64,000 nt of DNA from a bacterium (lineage in GTDB: Bacteria; Fidelibacterota; Fidelibacteria; Fidelibacterales; Fidelibacteraceae). Positions within the stretch are counted from its first letter, which is position 1. Each line of letters starts with the position of its first letter. Below are positions 59,822-64,000 of this stretch, one piece after another. The DNA is taken from the NCBI GenBank assembly GCA_963676395.1, contig OY781066.1:1920001-1984000 (forward strand). Direction: 5' to 3'. Position numbers and translations under genes: made by a program. Under the pieces are notes generated by a model, which saw only the letters and a list, made by a program, of their open reading frames with translations, was not told the DNA's origin and did not search any database.

Positions 59822-61615
59822 ATGTTAAACAACAAAAATATCGTGATCGGGATTGCAGGATCCGGTGGCGATGGTGTGATCTCGGCCGGTGAGATCCTTG
59901 TGAATGCGGCTTCCAGTGAGGGACTCTATGTCTTTATGCTGAAAAGCTTTGGTCCACAGATCCGTGGTGGCGAGAGTTCCGTAAGAGTACGGATCTCTGA
60001 TATGCCCGTTCAAGCTCAAGGTGACAAGATTGATATCCTGGTTGTTTTGAGTTGGAAGAATTTCATGCGCTTCAAAGAAGAGTTGATTCTTGAAGAAAAG
60101 GTAATGATCGTTTCTGACTTTGATGATCCTATGGCGGATGAAGATGTTCCTTTAACCGAAGAACAGCGTGAGTTTTGGTATAAAGTACCATTTGCAAAAT
60201 TGGCGGAAGAAACCACCGGAGGGACACTATCTAAGAATATCGTGATGTTGGGCGCCATCTCTGAGTTATTCTCTCTCCCTAAAGATGCTTTAGAAAAATC
60301 AATTAAGAAAAAATTTAAACATAAAGATCAGTCTGTCATCGATACAAATATTGGTGCTCTCAAGGCCGGTCTCAACTATGTAACCGAAAATGTAAAAAAA
60401 ATCGATCCGCTGACTTTTGAATATGAACCCCGTGAACCTCGCTTGGTAATGCAGGGTAATGAAGCGGTTGCTTTAGGTGCTATGTATGCCGGCTTAGACT
60501 ATTATGCGGGCTATCCTATTACACCATCGACTGAGATCATGGAATGGATATCAAAGTATCTCCCTCAAAAGGGTGGTGTGGCAATGCAAATGGAAGATGA
60601 ATTGGCTTCCATTAATGCCATTATCGGCGCTTCTTTTGCGGGTAAAAAATCAATGACTGCTACATCGGGTCCTGGTATTTCTTTGATGAATGAAGCTTTG
60701 GGACTTGCTTCTATTGCCGAGCTTCCGGTTGTGGTTGTAAACGTACAGCGCGGTGGACCTTCTACCGGTTTACCGACTAAAACAGAACAAGCTGATCTAA
60801 TGCAGGCTATTTGGGGGTCACATGGTGACTCGCCACGCGTAGTGATCGCACCTTCGGATGTCGAAGATTGCTTTGATTGTACGGTACTTGCCTTTTACAT
60901 TGCTGAAAAATATCAAATGCCGGTATTGATCCTAAGCGATCAGTTTATCGGACATCGAAAAGAATCAATTAATCCTGAATCTATTGCTTCTGAAACCAAA
61001 GGTTTTCGTAAGATTTATAATCGTTTGACACCGACTGAAGAAGAATTAGAAGATTACAAACGCTTTAAATATACCGAAAACGGTGTTTCACCTGTGACTT
61101 ATCCGGGTATTAAAGGCGGACAGTATCTTGGTTCCGGTATTGAACATGGTGAAGATGGGTATCCTAAGCAAGATGTAAAAACTCATCGTGATATGACCGA
61201 GAAACGTTGGAAGAAGTTTGATCATATTAAACATGAGTTTCGTTTTGAACGTAATTATGGCGATAAAAATGCAAAGCTGGGAATAATCGCTTGGGGCTCT
61301 ACAAAAGGTGCGGTTAAAGAAGCTGTTTATAAAGCAAATGCACAAGGTATTCCCGTAGAAGCCATTATCCCTCAGTTAATCTTTCCTTTCTTGATAGAGC
61401 CTTTTAAAGAATTTATTGAAAATAAGGATATGGTGATCATTCCTGAATTATCATATGCCGGTCAGTTTCGCCGCTATTTGAGAGGTTTCTTGAGATTTTC
61501 TCAATATGGATGTAAGGTTGAACCTTTCCGCAAAACAGGTGGTGCACCTTTCATGGTAACAGAAATTTTAGATAAGATCAAAGAAGAATGGGAAAAACTG
61601 GAGGCGCAAAAATGA
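59822..61615 (+). CDS. korA: 2-oxoacid:ferredoxin oxidoreductase alpha subunit (gamma-alpha fusion)
   Basis: IAGSGGDGV, GYPITPSTE, EDELAS, TSGPG, QRGGPSTGLPT. Confidence 0.92.
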   Translation: MLNNKNIVIGIAGSGGDGVISAGEILVNAASSEGLYVFMLKSFGPQIRGGESSVRVRISDMPVQAQGDKIDILVVLSWKNFMRFKEELILEEKVMIVSDFDDPMADEDVPLTEEQREFWYKVPFAKLAEETTGGTLSKNIVMLGAISELFSLPKDALEKSIKKKFKHKDQSVIDTNIGALKAGLNYVTENVKKIDPLTFEYEPREPRLVMQGNEAVALGAMYAGLDYYAGYPITPSTEIMEWISKYLPQKGGVAMQMEDELASINAIIGASFAGKKSMTATSGPGISLMNEALGLASIAELPVVVVNVQRGGPSTGLPTKTEQADLMQAIWGSHGDSPRVVIAPSDVEDCFDCTVLAFYIAEKYQMPVLILSDQFIGHRKESINPESIASETKGFRKIYNRLTPTEEELEDYKRFKYTENGVSPVTYPGIKGGQYLGSGIEHGEDGYPKQDVKTHRDMTEKRWKKFDHIKHEFRFERNYGDKNAKLGIIAWGSTKGAVKEAVYKANAQGIPVEAIIPQLIFPFLIEPFKEFIENKDMVIIPELSYAGQFRRYLRGFLRFSQYGCKVEPFRKTGGAPFMVTEILDKIKEEWEKLEAQK

Positions 61616-62478
61616 GCGAAGCCTTGAAAACAAACGATTATAGAAGTCAATTAAAACCCATTTGGTGTCCAGGTTGTGGAGACTTTGGTTTTTTAAATTC
61701 CCTGGCTAAAACATTTGCAGAAATGCAATTGGCACCTGAAAATACTGCAGTTTGCTCCGGTATTGGTTGTTCTTCACGTTTGCCCGGTTATATGAATACA
61801 TATTCTTTTAATGGCGTTCACGGGCGAGTTTTACCATTCGCTACAGGCGTTAAAATGGCAAGCCAGGAAACGACCGTTATTGCTGTTGGTGGTGATGGAG
61901 ATGGCTTTTCCATCGGTGCCGGTCATATCGGTCATGCTGCTCGTAAAAATATTGATATTACGTACTTTGTTTTGGATAACAATATTTATGGTTTGACAAA
62001 AGGGCAGGCATCTCCGACTACACCTCAGGGTGTTCGTACAAAAACAACTTACTACGGAAATATGGGGACAACCTTGAATCCAGTGAGAATGTTGATCGCC
62101 TACAATTCATCATTTGTAGCGCGTACTTTCAGCGGAGATCCGAAACATTGCCAGGCAACTATTAAGGCAGCGATCGAACACAAAGGTTTTTCTTTTGTAG
62201 AAGTGCTGTCTCCTTGCGTTACTTTCCGCGGTAAAGATCAATTTAAATTGATCCGTGAAAATGTATCTTACCTCGAAGATGATTATGATCCTACAGATGA
62301 AGTTGCAGCTTTTGATATGGCTAACCATGAAGATAAAATCGCTTTGGGTATTATCTATAAAAAACCACGTCCCACTTATGGTGAGATCGTGGAAGAAAAG
62401 GTCAATAAAAAAGCTCGAGCTGCTTGTACAAGTGATCCTAAGCATATTGATAATCTCTTAGCTATGTTTAGACCTTAA
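61612..62478 (+). CDS. korB: 2-oxoacid:ferredoxin oxidoreductase beta subunit
   Basis: WCPGCG, SGIGCS, HGR, GGDGDG...NNIYGLTKGQ (TPP motif), SPCVTF. Confidence 0.92.
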   Translation: MSEALKTNDYRSQLKPIWCPGCGDFGFLNSLAKTFAEMQLAPENTAVCSGIGCSSRLPGYMNTYSFNGVHGRVLPFATGVKMASQETTVIAVGGDGDGFSIGAGHIGHAARKNIDITYFVLDNNIYGLTKGQASPTTPQGVRTKTTYYGNMGTTLNPVRMLIAYNSSFVARTFSGDPKHCQATIKAAIEHKGFSFVEVLSPCVTFRGKDQFKLIRENVSYLEDDYDPTDEVAAFDMANHEDKIALGIIYKKPRPTYGEIVEEKVNKKARAACTSDPKHIDNLLAMFRP

Positions 62479-62479
62479 T

Positions 62480-63355
62480 ATGCTTCGCTTTCGGGAAGAC
62501 ATCTTTACGAATGAGGTGCTGGGACTTATCCGGCAAGCATCCACTGAGCTTCCTGAAGATGTAGAAAATGCTCTCAAGAATGCTTTAGCGCAGGAAGAAC
62601 CGAGCTCTACGGCAAATATGGTATTGAGTAGCATTCTGGAGAATGTTGATCTTGCAAGAAAAACAAGCCGGCCAATGTGTCAAGACACAGGGTTGCCGGC
62701 TTTTTATATTTCATACCCTCAATCCGTATCAACATTAAAGATCAAAAAATGCGTTGAAAAAGCTGTGGTAGCTGCCACCAAAAAAGGCTATTTGCGGCCC
62801 AATGCCATGTCCTCTCTTACCGCTTATAACAGTGGTGATAATATTGGTAAATATATTCCGCATATTGAGTTTACCGAATGGCTTGAAGATGATATTCATG
62901 TCAAGTGTATGCTCAAGGGCGGTGGTTGCGAAAATGTATCCACGCAGTATGCTATTCCAAGTCCGGGCCTGAAGGCCGGTCGAGATATGGATGGTGTGTT
63001 TACTTGCGTGATGGATGCCGTGCAAAAGGCTCAAGGTAAAGGTTGCGCTCCCGGTATTCTTGGAATAGGGATCGGAGGAGATCGGACCATATCCATATCC
63101 CTTGCCAAAAAGCAGTTGTTTAGAGATCTTAATGATGTTAATCAGTGTTCGTATTTAGTCGAGCTCGAAGAACGTATCATGAAAGAAGCAAATACATTGG
63201 GTATCGGTCCCATGGGACTTGGCGGTAAAACCACCGTATTAGCGGCAAAAGCCGAAACCGCATATCGTATACCTGCATCGTATTTTGTTTCAGTATCCTA
63301 TATGTGTTGGGCATGTCGAAGAAAAGAAATGACATTTAAGTTGGACAATAAATGA
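62480..63355 (+). CDS. Fe-S hydro-lyase alpha subunit (split class I fumarate hydratase/TtdA family)
   Basis: PMCQDTG, KGGGCEN, GCAPG, GIGPMGLGGKTT, CWACRR. Confidence 0.9.
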   Translation: MLRFREDIFTNEVLGLIRQASTELPEDVENALKNALAQEEPSSTANMVLSSILENVDLARKTSRPMCQDTGLPAFYISYPQSVSTLKIKKCVEKAVVAATKKGYLRPNAMSSLTAYNSGDNIGKYIPHIEFTEWLEDDIHVKCMLKGGGCENVSTQYAIPSPGLKAGRDMDGVFTCVMDAVQKAQGKGCAPGILGIGIGGDRTISISLAKKQLFRDLNDVNQCSYLVELEERIMKEANTLGIGPMGLGGKTTVLAAKAETAYRIPASYFVSVSYMCWACRRKEMTFKLDNK

Positions 63356-63939
63356 GTACAATATCGCTGACATTGCCGCTGAAAGAAGATGAGGTCCGAC
63401 GGTTAAAAGTCGGTGATACCGTATTACTATCCGGCACTTTGATTACCGGGCGTGATATGGCGCATACCTGGTTGGTTAAAGAGAAAAGATCCGACGTCGC
63501 GGAATTGTTAAGGGGGTCTGCGATCTATCATTGCGGTCCGATCATGCTTAAAGAAGATGATAAGTGGGTATGCAAAGCAGCCGGCCCAACCACCTCGATC
63601 CGTGAAGAACCATATTTGGCCGATGTAATGAAAGAGTATGGTGTAAAGGCAGTGATCGGCAAAGGAGGCATGGGAGAGAAGACGGCCAATGCACTAAAAG
63701 AGTACGGTGGTGTCTATCTTTTTGCCGTCGGTGGTGCAGCAGTATTACTGGCCGATCATATCGAAGAGGTTCTTGATGTTCATAAACTCGAAGACTTCGG
63801 AGTCCCTGAAGCCATGTGGGTCCTAAAGGTCAAAGATATGCCGCTGATCGTGAGCATGGATTCGCATGGGAAGTCGTTGCATGATGAGGTGGCGGATGTT
63901 AGTGCCGAGGCGTTTGGAAATATAATAAGTAAACAGTAA
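63352..63939 (+). CDS. Fe-S hydro-lyase beta subunit (split class I fumarate hydratase/TtdB family)
   Basis: GRDMAH, YHCGP, AGPTTSIR, IGKGGM, PEAMW, MDSHG. Confidence 0.9.
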   Translation: MSTISLTLPLKEDEVRRLKVGDTVLLSGTLITGRDMAHTWLVKEKRSDVAELLRGSAIYHCGPIMLKEDDKWVCKAAGPTTSIREEPYLADVMKEYGVKAVIGKGGMGEKTANALKEYGGVYLFAVGGAAVLLADHIEEVLDVHKLEDFGVPEAMWVLKVKDMPLIVSMDSHGKSLHDEVADVSAEAFGNIISKQ

Positions 63940-64000
63940 ACAGTAAACAGTAAACAGTGAACAGTAAACAGTAAACAGTAAACAGTAAACAGTAAACAGT
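63928..64000. repeat. AGTAAAC tandem repeat, at least 10 units, running off the window end
   Basis: Ten 7-bp units from 63928 (the fifth is agtgaac) plus a partial unit; it contains the fumarase-beta stop codon. Confidence 0.95.

Overview
This is an AT-rich bacterial chromosome segment made up mostly of housekeeping genes, probably from the FCB superphylum. The mix of PorU/PorV-like genes and NYPNPFN-type C-terminal sorting domains suggests Marinimicrobia/Fidelibacterota or a similar lineage (inference). Core genes: an rnhB-yraN fusion, lepB, tnaA, an RsmB-family methyltransferase, a tRNA thiolase, argS, mltD, HU, an unannotated 31-aa bS22-like protein, xseAB, yicC-gmk-rpoZ-coaBC-UDG, an OPT transporter, lysS-lolC/E-lolD, tmk, a metallopeptidase/PD40/Omp85 fusion, tgt, porU, maf, dnaK, an APC permease, an S41 peptidase pair, a PAS hybrid kinase, a TetR regulator, two paralogous orphan beta-barrels, a DMT transporter and a korAB-fumarase operon. 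I found no rRNA, tRNA, CRISPR array, transposase or phage gene, and no single clearly novel multi-gene system. The most interesting signals are non-genic or missed by the ORF track: (1) strand-oriented degenerate 7-bp repeat arrays that supply stop codons and protein termini or insertions; (2) three separate families of REP/MITE-like palindromes; (3) a promoter-to-terminator unit of about 135 nt after tnaA; (4) a decayed secretion-CTD pseudogene; (5) a sigma-54-type promoter ahead of a solitary dnaK; (6) many apparently leaderless genes.
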